DNA of 64,000 bases, taken from positions 62,001 through 126,000 of IMG/VR virus record IMGVR_UViG_2740892351_000003, one strand, 5' to 3'. A program made the translations under genes and the position numbers. The DNA comes from an uncultured virus (IMG/VR IMGVR_UViG_2740892351_000003). Its lineage: Duplodnaviria; Heunggongvirae; Uroviricota; Caudoviricetes. Positions 38,947-49,228 of the stretch are shown here, piece after piece (the stretch's first letter is position 1; the number at the start of each line of letters is the position of its first letter). Under the pieces are notes generated by a model, which saw nothing but the letters and a program-made list of their open reading frames with translations, was not told where the DNA came from and made no database searches.

Positions 38947-39441
38947 ATGGCTTTCCCTAACAAGATGATAAGTAATATAGGAACAACTCTAATGTCAAAT
39001 CAAGACTTCGCTAAATTTATGATTTATAATAATGAATCACAAAAAGATATTTTATCCATGCCTGATATAAAAAATCCAGTTAAAGAGCTTAGAAACAAGA
39101 AAGTGTTTTTTAATAGAAGAGTAGAAAAAGTATTAAAAGAAGCAGATGTTTCTGTTTACATAACATTATTTAAATATAATCTTTATAAAGATAGAAGTAG
39201 AATAATAAAAACTACTAATATTGAAATTGGTGTAGTATGCCATGATGAATGCCAAGATACTTTTAATGGACTAAGAGATGCTGCATTAGTATGTTGTATA
39301 GTGGACACAATCACTGAAAATGAGGAAATAGCAGGTATAGGAAAAATAAAATTAGAGAGCTGTTCCCCCATGTTTAATTTAGATACAAGTTATAATGGAT
39401 TTAGCATAGTTGTATCATCTGAAAGTTTTGGTGATATGTAA
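38947..39441 (+). CDS. Tail terminator candidate
   Basis: 164 aa, position before the tail genes. Confidence 0.45.
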   Translation: MAFPNKMISNIGTTLMSNQDFAKFMIYNNESQKDILSMPDIKNPVKELRNKKVFFNRRVEKVLKEADVSVYITLFKYNLYKDRSRIIKTTNIEIGVVCHDECQDTFNGLRDAALVCCIVDTITENEEIAGIGKIKLESCSPMFNLDTSYNGFSIVVSSESFGDM

Positions 39442-40244
39442 TGTTGGAAAATTATTATATTACAGGATTACCAATTAAGCTAAGTGAAACATTAGGAACT
39501 GTATATCAACCTACTATTGAAGAACTTATTAAATTTGATATGGCTAATTTAGAGATAGTTAATCCATTTTTAGTACTTGAAAAGAGCTATTCTCAGCTAT
39601 GTAACGAGGAATCATTTGAATTGAAATGTAAATATGATGCTATACCTATCTTAGATTTGATGATGTTAACATCAAGAAGAGATTCTTCTGAAGAAATTGA
39701 GTTACTTAGTGATAAGATAAAAAAATCTTTATCTATATTATATAAAACTGATATTAAAAATATTGAATATATGAATAAGATTAAAATTGGTATTTTAATT
39801 AAATTTGATAATAAAAAGAAAAATGCTTTTATAAGTAGAGAGGATTTTGGACTAGTATCAGATTTAATTTTAGAGATGTTTTGTATTGATAAAAAGAATT
39901 TATTTAAAGATGATGAAGATAAGTGGATTGAAAATACTGGCTCTGAAAGAGAAAAACAGTTGATTGCACACTTTAAAGAAAAGGAAAGAAAGAAAAGAGA
40001 AAAAGAAGCATACCATTTATGTGATTATATAAATATAGTTCAAAATATAAATGGATATATAGAAATAGATGTGATTTTAAAAATGACTTATTGGCAATTA
40101 ATTAATGTTTATAAGACTAAGATACAATTTAAAAACTATAATGAAAGTTTAGGCTATGCATGGTCATTTAAATATCAAACAGATATGGATAAAATGAAGC
40201 ATTGGTCTAAAGAGATAAAAATACCACTTAGCACTGTTAAATAG
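39441..40244 (+). CDS. hypothetical tail-region protein
   Basis: 267 aa, translationally coupled; ILKMTYWQL motif. Confidence 0.5.
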   Translation: MLENYYITGLPIKLSETLGTVYQPTIEELIKFDMANLEIVNPFLVLEKSYSQLCNEESFELKCKYDAIPILDLMMLTSRRDSSEEIELLSDKIKKSLSILYKTDIKNIEYMNKIKIGILIKFDNKKKNAFISREDFGLVSDLILEMFCIDKKNLFKDDEDKWIENTGSEREKQLIAHFKEKERKKREKEAYHLCDYINIVQNINGYIEIDVILKMTYWQLINVYKTKIQFKNYNESLGYAWSFKYQTDMDKMKHWSKEIKIPLSTVK

Positions 40245-40288
40245 CAGTGCTATTTTTTATGCAAAAAATGAGAGGATGATTTTATAAT

Positions 40289-41107
40289 ATGAAAAGATTT
40301 GCAGTGAAAGATGCAGGTAATGTAATAGTAAAAAATAAAGTAACAGGAGAAGTATTGTTTTATTCACAGGATTTAAATGCTTTTAATTTTAAGATGGATT
40401 CAGAATCAGTTTATGCAAAAGCTAAAGGTGCAAATACAATAGCTTTTGATGGAGCAATAACAGCAAGTTTAACAATGGAACAAGAAGTAATACAAATGGC
40501 ACAATTAGCGATGTTATTATCTTCTGATATAGATGAGAAAACTGCAAAGGTTGGGAAAAGAAAAGTATTAACATCTGATAGTACTAAGAAAGTTACTTTA
40601 GAAAATATAAAGCCAGTTGCAAATAGCATATCTGTATATAGTATAGAAAGTGATGGAATATCTATAATTAAAAAATTACAATTCACTTCATCAGTTACAG
40701 GAGCTAATACAGAAATAACAATATCTACAGCCGATTTTAATGCGGGAGATAAAGTAGCAGTATTCTATTTAGAAGAAATACCAAAAGCAAAAGTTGTAAA
40801 AATAAAAGAAGAATCTACTGCACCAAATTACGTTGTAGAAGCTGAGGTAATGGTTAAAACTGTGGATGGTGAATATATGGTTTTATACATGAGTGTTCCA
40901 AATGCAAAAGCACAAAGAAGTATAGAGTTAAATCTTACTGCTGAGAATCCATCTGGATTTAATATGACATTAGATGTTTTACCAGATGAAAATAAAGAGT
41001 ATGCTACATTCACATTTATAGGAGATGAAAATCTTAATCCTGCTAGAATGGCTTCAATGCTAGGTGTTGAATTAGAAGATGAAAAAGATACTAAACCTAA
41101 GAAATAG
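40289..41107 (+). CDS. Major tail (tube) protein
   Basis: KRFAVKDAGNV..VYAKAKG..LTAENPSGFNMTLDVL; flanked by terminators. Confidence 0.7.
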   Translation: MKRFAVKDAGNVIVKNKVTGEVLFYSQDLNAFNFKMDSESVYAKAKGANTIAFDGAITASLTMEQEVIQMAQLAMLLSSDIDEKTAKVGKRKVLTSDSTKKVTLENIKPVANSISVYSIESDGISIIKKLQFTSSVTGANTEITISTADFNAGDKVAVFYLEEIPKAKVVKIKEESTAPNYVVEAEVMVKTVDGEYMVLYMSVPNAKAQRSIELNLTAENPSGFNMTLDVLPDENKEYATFTFIGDENLNPARMASMLGVELEDEKDTKPKK

Positions 41108-41205
41108 TAAAATACCCTACTCTTAATTGAGTAGGGATTATTTTTTTACGTTTAAATGTGGTTTTAATCGGATTTGAACTTAAAAAAATGAAAGAAGGTG
41201 ATAAA

Positions 41206-41991
41206 TTGGTATTTTTAGATGATAAGTTTTTATTTGATAATGTTTCAAGTGAATCTATGAACATCAAATTAGTTACATTAGGTGATGATGAAATACTGAA
41301 TGAATATGGATTGCCTTATGAAGAAGCAATTAAATCTGATAGCAGTTTTAATAAAAATCCTTGTTACAGTGAAGATGAAACTACTATAGAACCTATAACA
41401 TTACAATTCTGTTTATGTAGCGAACATGGGGAGGCTTATGAATGGGATGATTATACGCTAGAAAACATATGCAATTGGTTTTGGCAGAGAGAATTTAAAC
41501 CTTTTATCAGTTATGACAATATAGAAGAAATATACTATTTCAAAGCGAGAAAGATAATAAAAAGATATACAAAAGATAAAAAAGGTGTATTAGAAATAGA
41601 GTTTCAACCATATACAAATTATGCTTATAGAAGCTTTCAAAAAGTTATAACTGTCAAGGATACAAGGGAAATTAAACTAAATAATGTGTCTAATGTAGAT
41701 GAAGAATATGCTCCAGTAATTGATATTGAATGTCTAAAAGAAGGAGATATAACTATTAGAAATTCTACTATCAGCGATAATGAAGAAGACAATTTAGTTA
41801 TAAGTGGATTAGAATTAAATGAAAAAATAACAATAGATAATTTATACTATACTGTTTTAAATAGTTCTGGTGAGAATAGGTTTAATATTGTTAATAGAAA
41901 GTGGATTAGGTTAAGAAGAGGTGTAAATATATTGAAGTTTACTGGAAACTGTAAAGTTTCTATTAAGTGTAAATATCCAATAATAAAATAA
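41206..41991 (+). CDS. Distal tail (Dit)-like protein
   Basis: FLFDNVSSESMNI..NWFWQREFKPF..PYTNYAY..WIRLRRGVNILKFTG. TTG start at 41206 after GAAGGTG. Confidence 0.7.
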   Translation: MVFLDDKFLFDNVSSESMNIKLVTLGDDEILNEYGLPYEEAIKSDSSFNKNPCYSEDETTIEPITLQFCLCSEHGEAYEWDDYTLENICNWFWQREFKPFISYDNIEEIYYFKARKIIKRYTKDKKGVLEIEFQPYTNYAYRSFQKVITVKDTREIKLNNVSNVDEEYAPVIDIECLKEGDITIRNSTISDNEEDNLVISGLELNEKITIDNLYYTVLNSSGENRFNIVNRKWIRLRRGVNILKFTGNCKVSIKCKYPIIK

Positions 41992-42004
41992 GGGAGAGAT
42001 AGAT

Positions 42005-42454
42005 ATGAATAAAATACAAGTAGATAAATTAATACAAGATGAAGTTAGGGCTATAATACCAATTATAGATGAGAATGGTAAAGAGGAATATATAGAAGTT
42101 AGAAATCCTGATAAGGAGACTAAAGAAGAGATATTAAATAAAATATGGGTTGGTATGGAGAATCCTGATTTAGCATTGTCTCAAGAAGATATTCTTAAAA
42201 TGTTGATTGATAAATTGACTAATATAGAGTTAAATATTGAAATAGAAGATTTAGTAGATGGCAATATATCTAGTGAATTAGAAAATGTGATGTATTACAT
42301 AGGTCAAATAGAAAATGAATTAACTGCATCTTTATTAATGAATACTGAAATTAAGCTAGGTCAGATGAAGAATGAGATATTACAGGATAGAGTTTTAAAA
42401 GAAACTGAAGAAATTGAAAAGATGAATAATATTAAAGATAAGGTAGTGAATTAG
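42005..42454 (+). CDS. tail assembly chaperone candidate
   Basis: Acidic 149-aa protein in the tail module. Confidence 0.45.
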   Translation: MNKIQVDKLIQDEVRAIIPIIDENGKEEYIEVRNPDKETKEEILNKIWVGMENPDLALSQEDILKMLIDKLTNIELNIEIEDLVDGNISSELENVMYYIGQIENELTASLLMNTEIKLGQMKNEILQDRVLKETEEIEKMNNIKDKVVN

Positions 42455-42892
42455 ATGGAATTTAAATCATTAGATGAACTAGTTGCCTATACAAAAAATA
42501 AGATTGCTGCATCTATGCCAGAAGTTGGAAAAGAAATGAAAGAGATAGTAAAAGGAGAAGTGAACAAACAAGTTTATTCTAATTACGCTCCATCACTTTA
42601 TGATAGGACTTATGAATTGCTTAATGCAATAGATGTGTCTGAAATAACATCAAATTCTGTAGCTACAGAAATTAAAGATAGTGGGAGTTGGTTTGATATA
42701 TATAGCAAAGCACATGCTTTTCCAATGGAGCGATTTGAAAATGGAGGCGTGTGGGGACATGGAAGTACTAAATATAACCCTGTATTTAGACCTAGAACAA
42801 ATATAATGGAGGAAAGTAATTCTAAGGCACAAGAGAGAGTACCTAAGTGTTTTAAATCAACTATGAATAGATTGGGAGTGCCAATAGAATAG
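42455..42892 (+). CDS. HK97 gp10-like tail completion protein candidate
   Basis: YAPSLYDRTYELLNAI..PRTNIMEE pattern. Confidence 0.5.
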   Translation: MEFKSLDELVAYTKNKIAASMPEVGKEMKEIVKGEVNKQVYSNYAPSLYDRTYELLNAIDVSEITSNSVATEIKDSGSWFDIYSKAHAFPMERFENGGVWGHGSTKYNPVFRPRTNIMEESNSKAQERVPKCFKSTMNRLGVPIE

Positions 42893-43115
42893 TATAAAAG
42901 ATTTCCTATGCACATTTTCTTAAAATAAATAAAATTTAAAAATATATTGTAAAAGATGAAAAAGTATGATACTATTTAAAAATAGAGAATTAATATGCTA
43001 ATCATATTTTTAATGTATAAATTATTGTGTTGATTCTAACAACTAAATAAAATGCAAAATAATAATTAAAAATATGAAAAATGATGGTTAAATTTTAGAA
43101 AAAGGAGATGTGCAT

Positions 43116-43901
43116 ATGGAAAATGAAATGAAAGTAGAAGTCTTTAAAAATGAGCAGTTTGGTGAAATTAGAGTGTTAGAAAAAGGTGGAGAACCTTGGT
43201 TTGTGGGAAAAGATATAGCTAAAATGTTAGGATATTCCAATTCAAGAGATGCCTTAAAAAAGCATATCGACGAAGAGGATAAGGGGGTAGCGAAATGCGA
43301 CACCCTTAGAGGAAGACAAATTTTAACAATTATTAATGAAAGTGGATTATATAGTTTAATCTTAAGTTCTAAGTTGGCAGAAGCTAAAAAATTCAAAAGA
43401 TGGGTGACAAATGAAGTATTACCTACAATAAGGAGACATGGAGCATACCTGACAGATGATAAGATAGAGGAAATATTGTCCAATCCAGATACAATTATAA
43501 AACTGGCTACAGAACTAAAAGAAAAGAGAGAAAAAATAAAACAATTAGAAACAGAAGTTGTCCATAAAGAAGATGTGATAATTGGATTAGTTGAAGATAT
43601 AAGTTTAGCAGAGAAAAGACAAAGAATTAATCAGATAGTTAAATATAAGGTAGAGCCTAAGAATTTCAGTAAAAGATGGAATTTATTATATGACGAATTT
43701 GAGAAAAAATATCATTTGGATTTGAAAAGAAGAATTAATAATTGTGATATCAAACCTAAAATTAAGAATAAGATAGACTATATAGATAGAGAAATGAGTA
43801 TGATTCCTCAATTGTATGAGATAGCATGTAAACTGTTTGAAAATGATGTGGAAGACTTAAAGAATGAATGGATTTCTGTTATAGAAGAAAAAGTTTGTTA
43901 G
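43116..43901 (+). CDS. BRO-N domain antirepressor
   Basis: FKNEQFGEIR..PWFVGKDIAKMLGYSN..INESGLYSLILSSKL..KFKRWVTNEVLPTIRRHG. Confidence 0.9.
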   Translation: MENEMKVEVFKNEQFGEIRVLEKGGEPWFVGKDIAKMLGYSNSRDALKKHIDEEDKGVAKCDTLRGRQILTIINESGLYSLILSSKLAEAKKFKRWVTNEVLPTIRRHGAYLTDDKIEEILSNPDTIIKLATELKEKREKIKQLETEVVHKEDVIIGLVEDISLAEKRQRINQIVKYKVEPKNFSKRWNLLYDEFEKKYHLDLKRRINNCDIKPKIKNKIDYIDREMSMIPQLYEIACKLFENDVEDLKNEWISVIEEKVC

Positions 43902-44029
43902 ATTTAGATGTGACAAATAGTCACTTATGAGATAGCATTGATAATTGAATAATAAGGCTAGAGAGATTAGTCTAATATCATTGTTATTCTAATCTCTTAA
44001 ACTAAATAAAATTAAAAGGAGATTGGAAT

Positions 44030-44773
44030 ATGAATAATTTAATGGTATTTGAAGGTAAAGAGGTAGAAATATTTGAACTTGATGGGAAGATTTTATTTAA
44101 TCCAAGAGATGTGGCAGAATGTTTAGAATTAAGTGAAAGTGCAACAAGAAATCATTTATCTAAAATGAGTGATAAACAAGCGATATTATTAAGAAATTCA
44201 GATGTCCGAGATAAGGGCATCCGAAAATTAAATAATGCAGGAGAGAAATTTCTTACAGAAAGTGGAGTATATAAACTGATATTTAAATCAAGAAAAGAAA
44301 AAGCAGAGAGGTTTCAAGATTGGGTAACTGATGAAGTATTGCCATCTATTCGTAAAACAGGTTCATATAATATGAATCATGACAATATAAAAGATGTATT
44401 AATACCAATCATGTTAAATGGTATGTTAGCAGGATTTGAACAATTTTCAATAGAAAATGATAAGAAAATAGATGATAGATTTAACCAGATAAAAAATAGA
44501 ATGGATGAAAAGATTAATGATGTAAAAAATCTAATTGGATTTAGGTCTAAGAATATAACTATGTTGTCAAAATTATTAAAGTTAAAATTATCTTACATTA
44601 AAGGTTATAATGTTAATGCAAATGACTATGATTATAGAAGTACGACCACTAAGATTTTTTCAAGGTATAATGTGTCTAAATGGGAAGATATACCTGTATC
44701 TAAATTTAATGAAGTTCATGCTTTGATTGACACTTTAGAAGAAATAGATGATATATATACCTGGAAAAATTAG
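44030..44773 (+). CDS. BRO-N antirepressor with ORF6C-like C-terminus
   Basis: FLTESGVYKLIFKSRKEKAERFQDWVTDEVLPSIRKTG; YNVSKWEDIPVSKFNEV. Confidence 0.88.
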   Translation: MNNLMVFEGKEVEIFELDGKILFNPRDVAECLELSESATRNHLSKMSDKQAILLRNSDVRDKGIRKLNNAGEKFLTESGVYKLIFKSRKEKAERFQDWVTDEVLPSIRKTGSYNMNHDNIKDVLIPIMLNGMLAGFEQFSIENDKKIDDRFNQIKNRMDEKINDVKNLIGFRSKNITMLSKLLKLKLSYIKGYNVNANDYDYRSTTTKIFSRYNVSKWEDIPVSKFNEVHALIDTLEEIDDIYTWKN

Positions 44774-44848
44774 AAAATCCTCAAATGTGGGGATTTAACT
44801 AACAATAATGAGTAATCGCCACTGTTAGCGATTTTGGAAATATGACAT

Positions 44849-44917
44849 AAATATAATAAGATTAGCAACTCTTATAGATTTTTAAATAAAATAAGAGTTG
44901 CTAATCTTATTATATTT
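44849..44917. terminator. 27-bp perfect inverted repeat (terminator-like)
   Basis: AAATATAATAAGATTAGCAACTCTTAT..ATAAGAGTTGCTAATCTTATTATATTT. Confidence 0.6.
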
Positions 44918-45103
44918 GTAGAATATAGAATATTATATATAAATTTATAAAAAACAAATAAAATGATAAAAAACAAAAATAAATAACATATTATTACATA
45001 TTTTTCCATTTTAATTATTTTGAAAAAGTGTTAGAATTTGTATAACAAATAATAATTCCGGAAAGACTTGTTTGAACTTTATAGCAATATTGGAGGTATT
45101 ATT

Positions 45104-45808
45104 ATGTTTAAAATAATTATATGTGAAGATGAAGAAATTCAAAGAAAAATAATGTTTGAATATATAGAGATTTTCTTTAAAAAAGATATTGAATATGAAA
45201 TTATTTGTTTTAATAATGGAGAAGAATTAATAAATAATTATATTAAAGCAGATATAATTTTTATGGACATAGGATTTAAAGGTATGAATGGCTTAGAAGC
45301 AGCAAAAGAAATAAGAAAAATAGATAAGGATGTTGTTATAATATTTGCAACAGCTTTCGTATCGTATGCTACAGAAGGTTATGATGTTAGAGCTTTTAGC
45401 TATTTACTAAAACCTATAACATATAATTCTTTTGAAAAGATAATGTCAAAATATTTCATTGAGAGGTCTGAAGAAAAGAAATTAATAGAATTTAAAATAA
45501 AAGATGAAACAAAAGTAATAAAATTAGAAGAGATAATATGTATAGAGAGTTTAGGGAAATATGTAAAGATTCATACTAAGACTGAAAGTTTTTTTACTGC
45601 AATTAAAATCAAAAGGATTGAAGAGAAGCTTTCTAGTAAAATATTCTTTCGATGTCATAAAAGCTTTTTAATAAATTTATTAGAAGTTAGAAATTATAAT
45701 AGAAAAGAAGTTATTTTAGGTGATAGAAAGATAAAAGCTACAATTTCTTATAGACAATATAATAATTTTAAAAAGAGTCTCACTTCTTTTCTATGCGATA
45801 GATTTTGA
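45104..45808 (+). CDS. Orphan LytTR-family response regulator (AgrA-like)
   Basis: Receiver domain IIICEDE, DIIFMDI, MNGLE, YLLKP; LytTR motif FFRCHKSFLINL. GGAGG RBS before ATG 45104. Confidence 0.92.
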   Translation: MFKIIICEDEEIQRKIMFEYIEIFFKKDIEYEIICFNNGEELINNYIKADIIFMDIGFKGMNGLEAAKEIRKIDKDVVIIFATAFVSYATEGYDVRAFSYLLKPITYNSFEKIMSKYFIERSEEKKLIEFKIKDETKVIKLEEIICIESLGKYVKIHTKTESFFTAIKIKRIEEKLSSKIFFRCHKSFLINLLEVRNYNRKEVILGDRKIKATISYRQYNNFKKSLTSFLCDRF

Positions 45809-45858
45809 ATAAAATAAATTATTTATAATTATAAAATGAATAAAATTATTCTTGAAAT

Positions 45859-45927
45859 TGCGCTTATACTGTTTTCCTATGCGTTCATTCCTTTTCGCTT
45901 GATTTTCTATTGAAAAGAAATTATTAT
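45859..45927 (+). promoter_or_regulatory. Candidate LytTR-activated promoter
   Basis: Direct repeats TGCGCTTAT (45859) and TGCGTTCAT (45880), period 21, upstream of TTGATT-17-TATTAT. Confidence 0.45.
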
Positions 45928-46033
45928 ATAATTAAAAGATACGTATCCTATTTAAAAGAGAAGCTTATCAAAATAAATTATTAAAGATAAGTTTCGAGAT
46001 TATTTAGTATTTTTAAGTACATTTTATAGGGGG

Positions 46034-46402
46034 ATGACGTATATGGAAAATTTAAAAAAAGATTTTGTGAAAAGTATGGGTATAATTAAATCATCTGAAA
46101 TATTTCAAGGAAATATATTAGAGAAGAATGAGCAAAGACTTGAGATGATTGAATATACGAAGCGAGATATTAATTTACTGACTAAAATTAAACATCTTTT
46201 TGAAAATATAAATGAATGTAATTTACAAGATGCACAATATATAATAGAAAATGAATTGTTTTATGAAAGAGTTTCAATTAATACAATAAATAAATATATA
46301 AATAAATTTGGTGATATAAATGATTTTAAATATGCATATAGATTGAAAGCAAAAAACGGGTTTAGGAGGACTATGGATTATTTAGTTAGAAAAAAGCATT
46401 AA
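46034..46402 (+). CDS. hypothetical protein, YIIENELF family paralog 1
   Basis: Shares LEKNEQRLEMI..YIIENELF.ERVS..GFRRTMDYL with 48760 and 50239. Confidence 0.8.
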   Translation: MTYMENLKKDFVKSMGIIKSSEIFQGNILEKNEQRLEMIEYTKRDINLLTKIKHLFENINECNLQDAQYIIENELFYERVSINTINKYINKFGDINDFKYAYRLKAKNGFRRTMDYLVRKKH

Positions 46403-46561
46403 GATAATTAAATTTGTATATATTAGAGGCAATCTAAATTGATTGTCTTTTTTTATTAAATAATTTATGTTGCAGTTATTCCAATGATGACAGAGGTATG
46501 ACAAGGATAATTATGTTTATATATTAGAAATAAAAATAAGCATCTCTAGTTGTTGAGATAC

Positions 46562-47398
46562 TTATCTTAGATTGTTTTTATCTTGTATTAGTTTATCCAC
46601 TAGATTGGAGATTAGGTCTAGGCAATCATCGTTTAGTAGGTCTATTTTACTAGATAGAGAAGGCTTGTCTTTTTTATTATTTAAATGTTCTTTTTTTATA
46701 AGGTCATCAAATTCATCAAATGGTAAAATGGCATTGTCGTCTATAAATCTTATTTTTTTAAAATGGTAAGGGGTTTGTTCTTTATTATTTTTATTACGTA
46801 TTTTTAATATTTTATTTAAGTCTTTCAAAGGTATGGTTACTTCAAGTATATCTCTACAATTTTTCCTATTAGGATAATCTAAAATTTTGTCTAAATCTGA
46901 CAATGCTTTTTCAGGATATCCAAGGAAAGTATAAAGATTTCCTCTTTCTAGTAGAGCATTTTTATATTTAGAATTTGTCTCTATCACTTTAGTATAGTCA
47001 GCAATTGCATTTTCATAATCTCCAAGTATAGCATACATAAAGGCTCTTTGATAATAAGATTCTAAAGCATGGTGAGGAGCTTCTATAATCTCTGATGTAT
47101 AAAAATCTATTTTTTCTTTTATATAAGCATATTTCTCTTCTGTTAGAGGGATATCATTTCCATCTGTGATGTTTAACTCATGAATTTCATCAAGACTAAA
47201 TTTATGAAGATTCATTATTATATCTGTGGAAGTATCCAAAGCTGTTGCTAATTTTTCAAGTATATCTAAATTTGGAACTCTTTCTTCTCTTTCATAGTTC
47301 CCTAATGCTACTCTTGATATCCCAGCTTTCTCAGCTAATTGTTCTTGAGTCATTCTTCTATCTTTTCTAAATGTTTTTATATTCTCTCCGATTCCCAT
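46562..47398 (-). CDS. XRE-HTH plus TPR regulator
   Basis: IGENIKTFRKDRRMTQEQLAEKAGISRVALGNYER; TPRs YYQRAFMYAILGDYENAIADYTKVIE. Confidence 0.88.
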   Translation of the reverse strand: MGIGENIKTFRKDRRMTQEQLAEKAGISRVALGNYEREERVPNLDILEKLATALDTSTDIIMNLHKFSLDEIHELNITDGNDIPLTEEKYAYIKEKIDFYTSEIIEAPHHALESYYQRAFMYAILGDYENAIADYTKVIETNSKYKNALLERGNLYTFLGYPEKALSDLDKILDYPNRKNCRDILEVTIPLKDLNKILKIRNKNNKEQTPYHFKKIRFIDDNAILPFDEFDDLIKKEHLNNKKDKPSLSSKIDLLNDDCLDLISNLVDKLIQDKNNLR

Positions 47399-47709
47399 AA
47401 TATCAGCTCCTTTGTCATAAGTGTAACATAAATGACAACAAATGTATATATTTTGTTGACATTTTGATATGGTGCTATTATACTAAAATTAAGATAACAA
47501 AATATATACGAATGTTATCATGTGTTGTCTTGATTTTAGTATAATATTATTTTTAGGTTGATAGAGGTTTTGTTTGGAGATTGATAATATATGAAATTCC
47601 TCAAATTGATTAATTAAAAAAATAATTAGAAAAATCTGGATAATATATTGACTTTTTGGAACGCAAATAATATGATTATATTGTGGAACACAAAAAGTGA
47701 GGTGAAACA

Positions 47710-47880
47710 ATGAGTTCTAAGATAGGAAGACCAAAAGTAGATAATCCTAAAAATGTTGATGTTAAAGTAAGGTTTGATGAAAATACTCATAAGAAATTGT
47801 TAGATTATTGTGAGAAAGAAAATATTACTAGAACAGAAGCAATAAGAAAAGGAGTAGATTTACTTTTGGAAAACAAATAA
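47710..47880 (+). CDS. Small ribbon-helix-helix (CopG-like) regulator, 56 aa
   Basis: Below the track cutoff: MSSKIGRPKVDNPKNVDVKVRFDENTHKKLLDYCEKENITRTEAIRKGVDLLLENK; GAGGTG RBS. Confidence 0.85.
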   Translation: MSSKIGRPKVDNPKNVDVKVRFDENTHKKLLDYCEKENITRTEAIRKGVDLLLENK

Positions 47881-47998
47881 AAAGTAGCCCACATACCGAC
47901 CAAAGTAACGATGGACTACTTTATACAAGAAGTTATCTTCTATGAAATATTCTATCATAGAGAGGTACTTCTTACAATCAATTTGGGGAGGATTTTGT

Positions 47999-48745
47999 AT
48001 GATGAATAATTTACAAATATTTAAAAATAATGATTTTGGAGAAATAAGAACAATAGAGATAGATAATGAGGTTTGGTTTGTAGGCAAAGACGTAGCTATA
48101 GCATTAGGTTATGCTAATACAAGAGAAGCGTTGAAGACTCATATTGATAGTGAAGATATAGCTGATGTCGTAATTCACGACGGCAGCCAAAATAGAAACA
48201 TGAAAATAACAAATGAAAGTGGATTGTATTCTTTGATATTTGGTAGTAAATTACCAACTGCTAAAAAATTTAAAAATTGGGTTACTAAAGAAGTCTTACC
48301 AAGTATAAGAAAAACTGGTTCATATGATATAAATAATTTAGAAGAAAGAGTAGCTCCAATGATATTTAATGGTATACTTGCTGGGATTAAACAAGTTGCA
48401 ATAGAAAACGATAAGAAAATAGATACTAGATTTAATCAAATAGAAGATAAATTAGATAAGAAATATAAGAAACAAGATAAGCAATTTCAAGAAATGAAAA
48501 ATATGATAGGATTCAAAGCTAAGAACACACGAATGTTGTCAAAATTGCTAAAGATAAAGCTATCGGAAATAAAAGGATATAATGTAAATGCTTATAACTA
48601 TGATTATAGAACTGTAGTGACAAGATTACTTTCAATATATAATGTAACTAAGTGGGAAGATATACCAGTTACTAAATTCAATGAGGTTCATGCCATGATA
48701 GATGGAATAGAGAGTATGGATGATGTATATACTTGGAATCATTAG
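47999..48745 (+). CDS. BRO-N antirepressor with ORF6C-like C-terminus
   Basis: FKNNDFGEIR..WFVGKDVAIALGY..NESGLYSLIFGSKLP; the C-terminus is paralogous to 44030. Confidence 0.9.
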   Translation: MMNNLQIFKNNDFGEIRTIEIDNEVWFVGKDVAIALGYANTREALKTHIDSEDIADVVIHDGSQNRNMKITNESGLYSLIFGSKLPTAKKFKNWVTKEVLPSIRKTGSYDINNLEERVAPMIFNGILAGIKQVAIENDKKIDTRFNQIEDKLDKKYKKQDKQFQEMKNMIGFKAKNTRMLSKLLKIKLSEIKGYNVNAYNYDYRTVVTRLLSIYNVTKWEDIPVTKFNEVHAMIDGIESMDDVYTWNH

Positions 48746-48759
48746 GATGGTGACTGTTT

Positions 48760-49098
48760 ATGTGTATAATTAAAACAGTTTACAAATTTGATGGGGATAT
48801 ATTGCAAAGAAATGCTAAAAGAGTTCAGATGATAAGGGATATAAAAGGTAGTAGTAATTTGACGATTATAATTAAAAGATTTTTAGATAATGTAAAAGAT
48901 TATAATTTTAAGAATGTGAGATACATAATAGAAAATGAATTATTCTTTGAAAGGATTTCTGTTGATATGATATGTAGATATATGGATAAATTGAATAAGT
49001 ATGAAAATATAGAATGTATATTTGAAGAAGCCTATAAGTTAAAGGGAGAAAATGGATTTAGAAGGACTGTAGACTATTTAGTTAAACAAATACATTGA
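48760..49098 (+). CDS. hypothetical protein, YIIENELF family paralog 2
   Basis: NVRYIIENELFFERIS..GFRRTVDYL. Confidence 0.8.
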   Translation: MCIIKTVYKFDGDILQRNAKRVQMIRDIKGSSNLTIIIKRFLDNVKDYNFKNVRYIIENELFFERISVDMICRYMDKLNKYENIECIFEEAYKLKGENGFRRTVDYLVKQIH

Positions 49099-49228
49099 TG
49101 AAAAAGTTAAAAATATTAAGGCAGCTTATATAGCTGTCTTTTTTATAGTAAAATATAAGTGTGTACATGATGTATACATGTTGAAATTCCAACGTTAGGT
49201 TAATATGGTATAAAAAAAGAGGTATATA

